This document shows, piece by piece, positions 25,196-38,100 of a stretch of 64,000 nt of DNA. The stretch is from Camelus ferus (lineage: Eukaryota): contig NC_045697.1 of assembly GCF_009834535.1 (NCBI RefSeq), forward strand, positions 39,434,001 through 39,498,000, read 5' to 3'. Under the pieces are notes generated by a model, which made no database searches, had not been told where the DNA came from, and was given only the letters and a program-made list of their open reading frames with translations. Each line of letters opens with the position of its first letter. Positions within the stretch are counted from its first letter, which is position 1. The position numbers and the translations under genes were made by a program.

Positions 25196-26944
25196 TATTT
25201 GTGTTCTTTTTGACAAATAGCCATTCTGACAGGTGTTAGGCAGTATCTGATTGTGGTTTTCATTTGCATTTCTCTAATGATTAGTAATGTTGAGTGATGT
25301 CTGTAGGCCATCCATATGTCTTCTTTGGAAAAATGTCTTCTCAGATCTTTTGCCCATTTTTTAATCAGTTTGTTCATTTGTTTGACTCTGAGTTATATAA
25401 GCTGTTTATATATTTGGGATATTAAGCCCTTATCAGTTATTTGCAAGTATTTTCTCCCATTTAGTAGGCTGTCATTTCATTTTGTCAGTGGTTTTCTTTA
25501 ATGTGCAAAAAGCTTTTAAGTTTAATTAGGTCTCATTTGTTTATTTTTGCTTTTGTTTCTTTTGCCTTAAGAGACATTCAAAAAATAACCTGCAATTTAT
25601 GTCGGTGTTTTGCCTATGTTTTATTCTAGGAGTTTTACATTTAGATCTTTAATCAATTGGAGGATATAAAATATAACAGATTTCTGTATATTAATTTTGT
25701 ATTCTGCAACTTTACGAGATCCATTGATGAGCTCTTGTAAAATTTTTGGTGATGTCTTTAGGATTTTCTATGTATAGCATCAAGTCATCTGCACATAGTG
25801 ACAGCTTTACTTCCTCCTTTCCAGTTTGGATTCCTTTTATTTCTTTTTCTTGACTGATGGACTGGTTGCTGTGGCTAGGACTTCTAATACTACATTGAGT
25901 GAAAGTCGTGAAAGTGGGCATCCTTATCTTGTTCCTGATCTCGGAGGAGATGCTTTCAGCTTTCCCTGCTGAGTGTGATGTTAGTTGGGCTTATCCTGTA
26001 TAGTCTTTGTTATGCTGAGATTCGTTTCTCCTGGGACGACTTTGTGGAGAGTTTTATCATAAATGGATGTTTGAATTTCATCAGAAGCTTTTTCTGCATC
26101 TACTGAGTTGATCATACAATTTTTATTCAGTTTGTTAATGTGGTATATCACATTGATTGTATTATGAAGTGATTTTAAATGAATCTTCATTTTTAAAGGT
26201 AATAACTTTAGGCAAGGTTGAAGTAGCACCAGGGAGAGCTCCCTGCCAACTCCTGTGCTTTGTCAAGGCTTGATGCAACTAATGTTCTTTTGTCTTCAGT
26301 AATTCAGATCTCTTCTGTCTGTACCTAGGGTGGGTCTTGATATTTTATAAAACACTTCAGCCTGTCATACTTGATCTTTTGTCCTGAAATGAAGAAGCAC
26401 AATCTTCAACTTTCTAGGAACCTTCTGTGACTGACTAATGCTCCTTCTTTACCTCCAGGTGAATTTGGGACTTAGCCCAAATGCTCAGATGCTCTTAGCT
26501 TGGTAGGATCTGATGATCTCCTTGTGGGGGCTTTATTAATTGTCTATCTCAGAGATCTAACTATTTACTGAAGAAAGAAGAGAGACCCTGATGTGGCATC
26601 TTGATTATGGATCCATTAATAAAAATCATGGAAGTCAAGAGGGGAAGATTGTGGGGCCAAGATGAGGAGCTCATTTTAAATGAATAAAATGACCATCAGT
26701 GCTTAGTAGAGGGGTATCAAGGTTGAAGATGTGAACTTCATAGTCGTCTTTGTAGACTTATCAGTGTTCTTACATAGTATCCTGAGTGAGCATCCTTATG
26801 TTTGGACAATATTGTAGCTGTAAACAGATGACAACAAGCGAATTTTATATACCATTCATCAGGATTTAAGTGCTTGTTCTTAAGTAATTTTATTACCCAC
26901 AGTAAAATTCATCATCTTGCCTTTGATGTATTTTCCTTTGTTTA

Positions 26945-28490
26945 AAGAAATATTTTTGTCAGACTAATACATCCATATGGTTTTATTTAAAAAATCAAAT
27001 AAAATTGAACGATTTACATGGAAAACCCCTACTCACCCTCTGGCAGCCCTTATTTTCTTTCCCAGAGGAGATTAGTTTCACTGTTCTTTTGATATTGGCT
27101 TCCATTTGATAATGTAATGTTAAGCTTGATTTCTCACTTGCAAACAGTCTCTCATTGCTTCTGCTTATGAAATATGCAGAATTAGCTCTTTACATTGCTA
27201 CTTATTCCAGTATTGTCACGTCACAGTTTTAGCTGAATTCATAGCTGTTTGCCTTGTTACGACTGTGTGGGGGTGTGACGTGTGTGAGATCTGTTGTCTG
27301 GAGTTAATATGTGTCTTAGGTTGTCGCTCACATAATTTTCTATAAGCCTGTCTGCAGTTTGTTTTGTTTTTCCAAATTGCTCCAACAAATCCACGTGTAC
27401 CTTTTTTTCCCAAAAATATCAAATAATTTATTAATTCTTTATTTCTGCGGGGATTCCTGTTGGCCCTTTCACTTCTTTTCCCACCTGAGCCGCGGTAGTA
27501 GACGTCACTCAAGCCTCCTCCTCCAGTCTTCCTGGACCCGCCGTTTCCTGCCATCTCTTTTCATCTATTGTGTTGGATACTCAGCAGGATCCCTTCAACC
27601 TGGAAAATATTGTCTTTTGGTCTTGGAAATGTACCTGTGTTATCTTTCTTTTGTTGTTCCTTGAGATGTTTGATCGTTGTCTTTTAATTCTATTTTTTTG
27701 GGTGTGAAATTTAATCAACTTTATTTTCCAACCTTGTTTGTGTTTAAAATGGTAGCTTTCCAAGTTTAATATCCAGTATATTCATGCTCTTCCTTTTTCA
27801 AAGTATGTTGTTTTGTTTTATAGCATTCCAGTCTTACTCTTATCTTTCTGAGAGACAAATAAGGCTTTTGAGCATGGTTTTTTTTTGTTTTGTTTTCTTC
27901 TCCCTATATTCCTGTTCGTGGGATCTTTTTGTCTCTCTTTACTTAAACACATGAGGATCTTTGGCTGCTGTTATTTAAGAATGACATTTTGTATGTGGAC
28001 CAGAGGGCTTGTCTACTGTACTTCACTTTAGGAGAATGAGGTAGTGGGGATAGAGGGGAATCTAGCTGTTTCATTTGGGTACACAAAATGTCAATATTTT
28101 TCTCTCCAGCTGTGGAGTCCCTCAAGACAGGAGTGGGAGGGAGGTGGGAAGTATGCTAATGGCCCCGTTATTTCTTAGCACATTTTCGCTAATCTTCACA
28201 TTTTCAACTGTGTTCCTTACTCTGGCCCTTAGCTAGGTCAGATTGCAAGCATCCACTGATGCTACTCAGAGACGGCTGCTCCGCACGCTTGCCTGCCTGC
28301 CCACCTGCCTGCGCTCTCGCCTGGTTCGCCCTGGAGCGGACCGGCTTTCAAACAGTCTGTTTTCAGTCACTTCCATCCACTTCCAAATGACTTTGAAATT
28401 CCATCTCCTTCTGTCTTCTCTGCTGTTCTTTTTTTTTGCCCTGAGGTGCTGATACTTTATAAACATGATTTTACTGCCATTTTACTGGGA
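26945..28490 (-). mobile_element. Probable ancient L1 remnants
   Basis: T-rich L1ME-like 3' end text near 26970-27090 and ggatcccttcaacctggaaa-type internal motif; very diverged. Confidence 0.35.
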
Positions 28491-29586
28491 TCTGGGGAAG
28501 AATATGTGATCAGTCTGTCTCTTTAAATGGACATTTTCCTTTGTCTTCTGCCCCACCCCCCACCCCATACTTGATTTTAAATGGAACAGAAATTTATGAT
28601 AGCAGCTGTGCAAACACTATGCGAGTTAAGTGCCTGTGAATTTCACCTTATGAGCATTTGATAATTTAGACAGCAACTGTTTTTCTTAAGAAACCAGCCT
28701 AATAATGGGACCATTTTAATCAGTACAATGCCTACTTGTAAAGAAATCTAATTTAATATACTGACTTGGGCTTGAGCCTTGTGCTATTTTTCTTCATTAT
28801 GTGAGGAGTTCACCAGGTAAGTTTGAATTAAGGCTGTTTTTTAACCACCTGCATTGTTTGACGTTAGCTAAGTGGTCTTGCCTTGCACATTTTAAAGTAC
28901 AGTGCAGATGCTGGCTGGTTATAATACTGGTTATTATAAGTCATCACTCCCTGGATAGGATGAGCTCCATAGGAAGCGGATGATATATTTCCTTATTGAG
29001 AAGTTCCTTTACTTTTGCAAGTATTCAACCCTCGCAGATTTCTATGAGAAACAGAATCATTACATTAAACTCCAAGTTTTAGCCCTTTCTGTTTTCAGTA
29101 TGTGCCTTTTAGGGTTTCTATAAGCAAGGCCAAATATATGAATTATTCAGAATTAAAAGAATTAAACAATTAATTATAATTATATTAATATATATAATTA
29201 AAGGATTGCCATCTGCATATCTGCCCAAGCTGCCAGTCACTCAGATGTGTGAAACCTCCCTGGAATACACTGGAAATGTGGTGCCAGGAAACCAAGGCGT
29301 CTACACAAAACTTGATACATTTTGATGATATTCCAGTCGATTCTGTGTCCATCCAGATCCACGTGGCAGGAGAAAACCCCATTTGTGTTTAAAATTCCCC
29401 ATGATCTCTAACATTGTAGATCCTGATAACTAGGTGATCTTTTGTTTGCTGAGTACCCATAAAAATATTTTCCTCACACTGGCCTTTGACACTGTGAGAC
29501 AATATTAAGTAGTGAGTGGGATGATAAATTTGAAAGAGACGCCATGGCTGAGCAAGTTATTCTGCATTAGAACAGCTAGTCTTGAG

Positions 29587-29589
<3 letters not shown>

Positions 29590-29624
<35 letters not shown>
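29590..29624. repeat. (TG)n microsatellite
   Basis: Perfect TG run. Confidence 0.98.
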
Positions 29625-29630
<6 letters not shown>

Positions 29631-29807
29631 GCTGAAATCCTTCATCTGCTGTTGTCTTTTCAGCTGTGTTCTCTTTATCCCTTACCTTTCAAAAATTCCT
29701 CTCATTTAGTGCGATATTAAGAGGAAAAGTAGATAAACTCATCTTTAACTGAAAGTTCTCTTCTGGCTTTTTCCCATACTTGATTTGAAAGCCAACCGAA
29801 TTTCCTT

Positions 29808-30505
29808 GTAACAGTTTTATTGAGATGTAATTTACACATCATAAAATTGACCCTTTTCAAGTGCACAATTCAATGGTTTTTAGTATATTCCCAGAGGGCA
29901 ACCATACCCACTATCCGGTTTTAGAACATTTTTATCGCTCCAAAAAGAAACTCCAAGCCCATTAGCATACACTCCCCTTTTCTCCCCCACCTCCGTCTTC
30001 ACTCCTCCCAGCCCTAGGCAAACACTAACCTACTTCCTGTCTATAGATTTGCCTGTTAGTGACATTTCTTATAAATGGAATCACACAGCATGTCACTTCT
30101 GTGACTTCTTTTACTTAGCTTAAGTTTCAAGGTTCATCCATGTTGGGACATGTATCAGTACTTCATCCCCCTTTTATGGCTGGTTAATATTTTATTGTAT
30201 GACTGGACTACATTGTATTTATCCACTCATCCATTGATGGACATCTGGGTTGTTTTCACTTGTTGACTGTTGTGAATAATGCTGCTGTGAACATTTATGT
30301 ACAAGTTCTTTTATGGACATATGTGTTAATTTCTCTTGGGTATCTACTTAGGAGTGGAATTGCTGGGTCAAATGGTGACTTTAACATTTTTAAGGAACAG
30401 TTTTTAAAAGTAACTGTACTATTTTATGTTCTCATCAGCAATGAATGGAAATTTTTATTTCTCTGCATTTTTGTCTGTGTTTTTTATTTTCATTATCCTC
30501 ATGGT
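29808..30505 (-). mobile_element. L1MB-like 3' end
   Basis: aacagttttattgagatgtaatttacac...cccagccctaggcaaacactaacctac...ttaggagtggaattgctgggtc. Confidence 0.85.
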
Positions 30506-32199
30506 ACAGGCAATAGAGGTTTGTAATAGAAGGAAGATTATAGGCTTGAAGAGGAAAAAGAGAGACCCAGCAGCTCAAAGGCAAAGAAGATAATATCTGT
30601 TGGGGATTTGGGGGAATTAATTGTTGTGAACTGAGTGAAATCCTCAGTAAATTCCCTATTTTTCACTAATGCTTTTATGTGAGGAGAGTCTTGTTTAGAT
30701 TAAGCTGAAAGAGGAAAAGAGAGAACAGCCAACAAATGAGTTATTTTAAAAAAAAGTAAAACAACTTATATCAATAGAATCAACTCACATAAAATAAATT
30801 TTGAAAATTTGTTTAAAGAATATCCGTTTGAAGGGATGCCAAATGATGAGTTTGCTAGCCACCTGCAGCTCTACCTGAACTCTGAAGCTGTGTTCTGAAC
30901 ACCTGCTTTGCTGAGCCCATGGACATAATCAGCTTTTACACTGAGTCCATAAATAATCTGAAGACTTAAGGCATAAGAAGAGACACCCCAAACAGTCTTT
31001 AACTCTGGGCTTAATAGTTTAAGTCATAGGACACCGACTCAGTCCAGTCACCTCAGAGCTGAACAGTAGTGTCAGCTGAACCAGTAGTGGGGGGCAGGTA
31101 GACTATTAGTAATATAATTTCCATGGAGACAACATACCTATGTACTTTGCCCACTTAATAGAGCACTAGATTTGTGGAGAAAGACAAGTTTTATTAGCTG
31201 AGCTATTGCCAATATCGTTGAAAATTAACATCGTTGTGGGAGGTTCCCTCTCCTTTATGCTGTGATGGTTTTCCCCATTCTCCTGTGTACGGACATTGCC
31301 AGATTATAAACAGGTTCTTCACCTGTTACATGCCTGTGTCTAGTATTATCCTAGCTGTGAGCTCCCAGTTTTGATATTTAGATAGACTATTTTGTGTGTT
31401 TTTTTATATGTTTATCTGTGTCTTTGTCCCCACTGATGAGCACTTAGCACTCAGTGAATGCCCACAGAAGAGATTTGCTGACCTCGTATTTAGGTATCAT
31501 CTGGAGTTAGCTTTTTGCTATAGGACTGAAATGTGTAAAGTATGACCTAAGTCTTTGTTCTCCTGGTGGCCTTTGCCTTTGCTTTTTCTCTAACGTGCAG
31601 GTTCATTCTGGGAGCGGGAGTGTCTGTGTAGATACTGGCTAATTTAGCAGTAAACACACCCCTGCATCTTGAAGAAGCTAATCACAATGATAAGATTTGT
31701 AGTTTTACCAATAACATTTTAGAATAGACTGTCATTTATTAAATTTTATTAGTCACTTTATCATCCTGCCCTTTGAGAAATTTGTTCGAGGCCTTTGAGA
31801 ACTTTGTCATGGGCAAGGGTTGTGAGAGCTGTAAAAACAGAAGCTTTCCTTTTACATGGAAAACTGCCAATTCTATGAATCATAAGATGTAATTATGTAC
31901 GTGAGCTGCTCGTCACTCTAAAGTGGTTCCCCTCCTGGGGAATGAAATGCAGAGGGTAAATCCTAGTGTAACCCAGGGTAGCTGGCATTTTATGATTACT
32001 TTTTCCATTCTTCTGCTAATGTATATTTAGAAAGAATTATAACTCATATTTTGATTATTACTACATATTTGATAAAACCTTTTTGTGCCCAAACATTCTT
32101 GTAGGCTTTTATTAAAATGTTGTTCCCCACATACACCCCAGGACCTTATTATAAATGAATGAAGGTTCCCACCCCCTACTATTCACTGATTTTGCTGGT

Positions 32200-32436
32200 T
32201 TATTTGTTGATTCAGGCAACGTTTCTTAAGTATTTACATGTCTGAGGCAGTGTGCTAGGTGCTGTGTAATAATGATATTAATAACAGCTAACTTTGTTGG
32301 AGAACACTGATCAAAATCACCTGCTCTGAGGTCAGACTGCCCACATTTGTGTTGCAGTTCGGCTCCTTGGAGGCTGTGTGAACATGGACAAGTTAGTTAA
32401 TTAGTCTGTTTCAGCCTAGTCATCTCTAACTGGGGA
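32200..32436. mobile_element. L2 tail and MIR fragments
   Basis: aggcagtgtgctaggtgctg; ctctgaggtcagactgcc...tgtgtgaacatggacaagtta. Confidence 0.5.
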
Positions 32437-32760
32437 TGCATTAGATTCCTATTGCTGCTATGACAGATGACCACAAATTTAGTGGCTTAAAACATCACAT
32501 ACACACACTATTTCATTGCTCTGGGAGAGGTGTGTAGCTCGGCTGTTTTGTCTCCTTCAGGTCTTACAAGGTCAAAACCCCGGTGTCCATTCGCCTGGGT
32601 TTTTGCTGCCTCTAGTCTCATTCAGGTCATTGGTTTCAGTTCCATGTGGTTGTGGGGCCATGGTCCTTTGTCTCCCTGTTGGCTTATCAGCTTCTGGAGG
32701 CTGTCCACGTTCTCAGGCTTGTGACCTCTCTCCATTTTCAGAGTCAGCAGCAGCTCACAG
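32437..32760. mobile_element. MLT1-like LTR fragment
   Basis: tgcattagattcctattgctgctatgacagatgaccacaaatttagtggcttaaaaca. Confidence 0.7.
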
Positions 32761-33951
32761 TTCCATCGGATAGATTAGCAAATTTTCATAAACCCTTGTG
32801 TGAGGCTTCATGAGGAAATAAAAAATGACTTCAATAAATCTGGCGCCATGAAGCTAAATATTTTGGTTCTTTTAATGACTGACCTTCTCGTGGCCCTGAG
32901 AGAGATAGTCATAGAGATTAGCATTTGGCCAGTTGCTTTATTTTTTTTCTCCCTGAGGCTAAGATTGTATGTAGTCGTACAGTATAACTTTATGGCACTG
33001 AAAAGTCAAAGCACTGGGATAAATGTCCAGGTTAGAATTAGGTGCCATCCTGTGATACAGGGCCAGCCGGGCTGATTACAATCACAATCTCTTTTTAATG
33101 AGGGCAAATACTTGTTGCATGGTTCAGTATTTGTTACCTCATCTGGAACAAACGTTTTTATGGTATAATCTTCTCCAACTGCTGAACAGGTTTACCTGTA
33201 GACCACGCATAGTGTGTGCTAGTTGTTGGTTTGCATTTTAGCTTGAAAAATGGGTCGAATTTAGCTAACAATGAATGAAATCTTTCAAGAAACTTGAATA
33301 ATTTGAAGTGGCGCTTTTCAGTAATGGAGAAAGTTCATTCTTGTCCTAGGAAAAGATTGATGTTAAAGAAAATGATGACTATCTCAATTATTAACCATTG
33401 TTCATCCTCAAAGTTTGCTTAAGCCTTTTGGACTGATGAATTATACATATTCTAATTTTTATTCTAGTTTAATTCTAGAAATAACTGCAAGTTTGTAACA
33501 GTTAAAATATTTCAGTACATCTGGAGAGGTGCATTTCGCTTCTGGTTCTGAGGCCTTTCTGTGGAATTTTATTCTGAGTATCCTTCCTCTCTGATCACTA
33601 AATATCCATTTTCTTATTTAAATGCTCTCTGTAATCCAGTTCCTACATAACACTCTGACCCAGCTAGTTCTGTAAATGGAATAAATTATTCCACAGTACT
33701 TTCAGATGTATTTGAGATACAGATGTCTCTTTATTCCTATACTCTTATGTCTATCTTGGTGTCTTAAAAGTGTCTTAATTGTGTATCAAACTGTTAAAAC
33801 TATTCCTTGATCATTTTTTATATGCAAGGCATTGAGGGGATTTAAAAGATGTTTAAAACTCAACCTCTAACTCTGAAAGAGCTTACATTGGCCAGTTTGC
33901 GGATTTTGTTTTTAAACTTTAACTGCCTCCAAACATCCAATGCCTTCTCTT

Positions 33952-34097
33952 TTTATTTCCTTTTTTTAAAATTTTTTTGGTGTGGGAGGATGTTAATTAG
34001 GTTTACTTATTAATTTTTTGATGGAGGTTCTGGGGATTGAACCCAGGACCTCGTGAATGCCAAGCATGTGCTCTACCACTGAGCTATTCCCTCCCCC
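33952..34097 (-). mobile_element. tRNA-Ala-derived SINE (camelid vic-1-like)
   Basis: Reverse complement reads ggggagggaatagctcagtggtagagc...gggttcaatcccc (A and B boxes) then A-rich tail. Confidence 0.85.
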
Positions 34098-34099
34098 AA

Positions 34100-35092
34100 A
34101 TGCATTTTCAATGAGGCCTTCTTGACAAGTCTTACTTATAATTGCAATCACCACCCCTCACCCTGGCTAGTGCTCCCAATTTCCTCTACCTCTGTTACTG
34201 TATTTATTGTTTAATGTCTCACCCACTAAAATACAAGCTCCACTAAGGCAGGGATTTCTGTTCTGTTTAGTGATGTATCCTTAGTGCTTAGAGCTGTGCC
34301 TGGCGTAGAGTAGTCACTCAGTAACTACGTGTGGAATGATTGAATGAATATTCCACGCACAAATTCTTCATATGTAAAACAAACAAGATACATTCAAATT
34401 CTATCCAGAATCTGCCCATGTGTCACCATCTCACTGCTGTCAACTTGGTCTAGGTCAACTGGCCTGTCTCTTCTGGGACTGTTTCAGTGGTCCCCCACCT
34501 ATAATCTCCCTGCTTTCAACCGTGCCTCCCATAGTCTGGATTCAGTGCAACAGCCAGAGTGGTCCTTTCAAGTCTCCCCACCGCTCAAAACCCTTAATTG
34601 GTTGGAGAGTGTGGGAAACCAAGGCTTGTAAGACTGTAATGATCTGCCCTGTTCCCCCCGCCCCACTGTCTCCTGATTTCATTTCCGGCCACTCTCCCCC
34701 ACCACCACTTGGCCCCAGACTTACTTAGGACCCTAGCACCTGCTGTTTCCACTGCCCAGCATGCACTTCCCGCTTTCCTTCGGCTCTGCTTCAGTTGTCC
34801 CTCAGCAGAGAGGCCTTCCTGACCTTCACAAGGTCGACACGATAAGTACCTTATTAAGAGGCTTTCTCCGACATCCCTCTTCTCCTGCTTTGTGTTTCCT
34901 CACAGCGCTGATGTTACCACTTCACATATGTCTTAGGAATTTATTATTTTCTGTCTCCTCCCAAAGAGAACGCTTAATAAAAGCATGAGGTTAGTTCGGT
35001 TCAGTGCTATATCCCTAGTTTAGTGTCCAGCACAAAGAAAGCAGGTGATAAGTATCACACATACTGTGTGGTAAGTATACATTATGAATAAA
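34100..35092 (+). mobile_element. Two L2 3' fragments
   Basis: aagctccactaaggcagggattt...gtgcctggcgtagagtag...gaatgattgaatgaat; second copy from ~34400. Confidence 0.7.
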
Positions 35093-36699
35093 TGCGCCTG
35101 AGATAGAAGCACCGCTGGCTCTTATTTATGATGTGAGACCTTGAGGGAGACATTGTCATAACCAATACAAATGCAAGAACATGAATGAAGATGGCGGTGT
35201 TTAACATATTTAGGTATCAGGAAATCTAAAAATACGTAAGCAATAATAAAGTAATTATGAACTTTGTTTCTAGAAAACATCAAAAGGGCATCTTAGGCCC
35301 ATGGGCACTCACACTCCCCCACTCAGTGCTACACAGGGCATTCTTCCCCAGGCCCCCTCAAAGGGTGTGGAGCAGTTATTAATCTTACATGCAGGATGGC
35401 TGCAGGCAGGCAATAATGGTGATATTTACCAGGTATCTCTGGAAATACAGTGCAGATTGCAGATTCTCAGTATGACGGTAGCATGTAATTAATCAGGGTG
35501 AGAAGACATGTCATGCTAATAAAGGAAGGTCTTTACTGCACTGTCAAAATGCTGAAACAAAGATTCAGGGTCTAAGTTATGATTGTTTAAGGTTCAGATG
35601 TGATATGCTTCTGTCATAGCCACTGGGGTGGAGAACACTCCTGCCTTCAGGTAGTGAGGGAACCAATGACTGTCTTCCATTGGAGGAAGCAGAAATGCTT
35701 TTGGGTATAAGGAGATACATATATTTTCCCCTCATATTTACTTTTGCTTTTTGAGAACATATTTAGTGATTCTTTCATTCATGCCATTAAGGATCTCCTG
35801 TTATTTTAAGTTAGAGATTCTCTGAATGTGTCTCCCCTCCCATTTTCTGTCGGTTTTATTTCCTGGGAAAATTATTCATTGTATTTCAAAGTATTGAAAG
35901 TAAGTGACCAAAGTACTGCTTCTTTTCTAAAGATGTTAAAAATTCAGAACTGTTTTGAATATTTGTTTTATTTGATCTGGTGTCATCACACATTGCCTGC
36001 CATAGGGTTTGAGGTTTCATTTCAGAGCCAGAAGGCCAGAGGTCTGTTGGCAGGGCTGTTGGAATGCTGTTGCTTGTATCTTGAAATGCTGGGAATTAAA
36101 CTACAATTTAAAAAGAGAGCACACACCCATGAAAATCCAGTCACCATAAAAAAAGAACAAGGTGAATAGAAGTCCACTTTCTCTTAGTTCAGATTTATCT
36201 ATCTTTATAAAGTTATGAGAAATGGGTAGTCTTCAGTTCATTCTTAATCATGCCAAACTTAATTATTTCCATTTCTCATGTATTCTTGTTAGGCAAGATC
36301 ATAGTACAGTGGAAACTTATGCTGCCATAAACAATATGCCACATGTTTTTGTGTATTATCAAAGTGTTTGAATAGAGTTTCTTTCTTTTTTAAACATAAA
36401 CTAATATGAAAAGCTTCTAGAATCAAGAAATCTATTTTGCCCTAAAAATTATAGTCTATTGTATCAGATTTTTGTGATCAGTAAGAATTAATCATTCTAA
36501 TCTTAAATAGAATGTTCTTCAGTACCATTCTACCAAAGATTGAAATCTGCACATTTTTGGCATTGCTATTTTTGACAGCATCACTTAGTCTAACGTTCGT
36601 AGAGGTGAAATTGGTTCATGTTAAAAGACATTTCATTAAAACCTCAGTGTGACTATAAAACCAAATTAACGAAGGTAAAGCAAAAGAAGTTATTCTGTT

Positions 36700-36935
36700 T
36701 TTCTAACAAATACCTAATGTAGCACGTAGTATGTGTCAGCCAGTCTGTTTTAAGTACTTTACAGCTGTCACTTCATTTAATCCTCATCACAACCCTATGG
36801 GACAGTGAACATTACCATTCACAAGTAAGGAAAGAATTTAGTGAGGAGTCCAAGGTCCCATGGGTAATAGGCGGCTGAACCAAGATTCTGACCCAGGAAG
36901 TGACTCCCGACCCTGCATTCTTACCTAGTGCCCTG
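36700..36935 (-). mobile_element. MIR SINE
   Basis: tcatttaatcctcatcacaaccctatg...ccaaggtcccatgggtaataggc. Confidence 0.7.
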
Positions 36936-37922
36936 CAGCCACTCAGTGGCACTTGGTGTGACTTTCTGTGTGTGTTCTGTGTTTTCACTTCCTGCAGTGG
37001 CGTACTACCCATGTATCCTGTAACTCTGTTGAATCCTCTTCCTTTGCATCATTTTTTGCCTCACTTTTCCTTTTCTTATACTCTTGACTGGCTAGAGTAG
37101 CTGGCCCTTTTTTAATTGAAGAATCCAGTGTGTGTGACATATGACTGGATTAAATTTTCATTCTCTCAAAGGATGAGTTGTCATTACTCCCCTAAAGTAT
37201 TTGGTATAAAAGGTTTATATTTTCCCCTGATAGAAAGTAGTATACAAATTTACTTAAGATAGCAACTTTACTGTATTTAAATATTGACAGAACAAATCTT
37301 TGAGAATTGAAGGAAACTTTTTAAACATCTGCCTGTAAATTTTGGCACATTGTTGGATATTTTTGATTTTATACAAGATTACTAGGCTTTTGTACAAGGC
37401 ACATATCAAATCTTAACTCTGTGACGTGGGAGATTAAAAAAGCGATGTAAAAATTTAGTTTTCCTTCGATCTCCTTTGTGCACAGATTGCTGATGACTAA
37501 GTTTGGTGTCGATCATCATGACCCAGGAAGGTCTCGTGTATCAAATTTTATTCAACCAAGAGATTCTTGTTTTTAACAAACTTGAAGAGAAAAATCAAAT
37601 GGACGATTCCACTATGGACAAATACCCAACCATTATCTTAATTTGTGACAAGAAAACACAAAATTGAAATACAGACCTATTTTATGCACCAAATAAAAAG
37701 CTTGTGATTTTCAAATGCCTTGAATACATGAGTAATTCTTCAACGTTAAAGAAGTCAAACATACGAGATCAATGAAAAGCACAAATGCCTCTTTTTAAGG
37801 CATATCTCAGTTTGTGGGAATAATTTTCTGAGTTCAGTGTTAGAATGTGTTGTACCCGTGTGCCTTTGTTATGGTTGCTGTAAAATGTGCCTGAGAACAT
37901 TTTTTGTTCTTTTTCTTTCCAG

Positions 37923-38100
37923 ATGACAGAAACGATGCTCAGGAGAGTAGCTTAAGAGACTTAATAAAAGAGCTGCCAGACACCCACTACTGCCTCCTCA
38001 AGTACCTTTGCCAATTCTTGACAAAAGTAGCCAAGCACCATGTGCAGAACCGCATGAATGTTCACAATCTCGCCACTGTATTTGGGCCAAATTGCTTTCA
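37923..38100 (+). CDS. FAM13A: FAM13A coding exon 4 (178 nt): DDRNDAQESSLRDLIKELP...NRMNVHNLATVFGPNCF
   Basis: Long pyrimidine tract + cag|AT, donor TTTCA|gtaagt; RhoGAP N-x-M-x3-NLA-x-VFGPN motif; phase 1/2. Confidence 0.96.

Larger units (their letters stand above)
22638..26160 (-). mobile_element. Older LINE-1 (host segments 22638-23490 and 25196-26160) interrupted by two younger L1 insertions and a microsatellite
   Basis: L1 text breaks at ...ccaacatttgttatttgtg and resumes at tatttgtgttctttttgacaaatagccattc; minus ORF 25712-25921 has [15 protein letters not shown] (RT FADD-box region). Confidence 0.88.
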
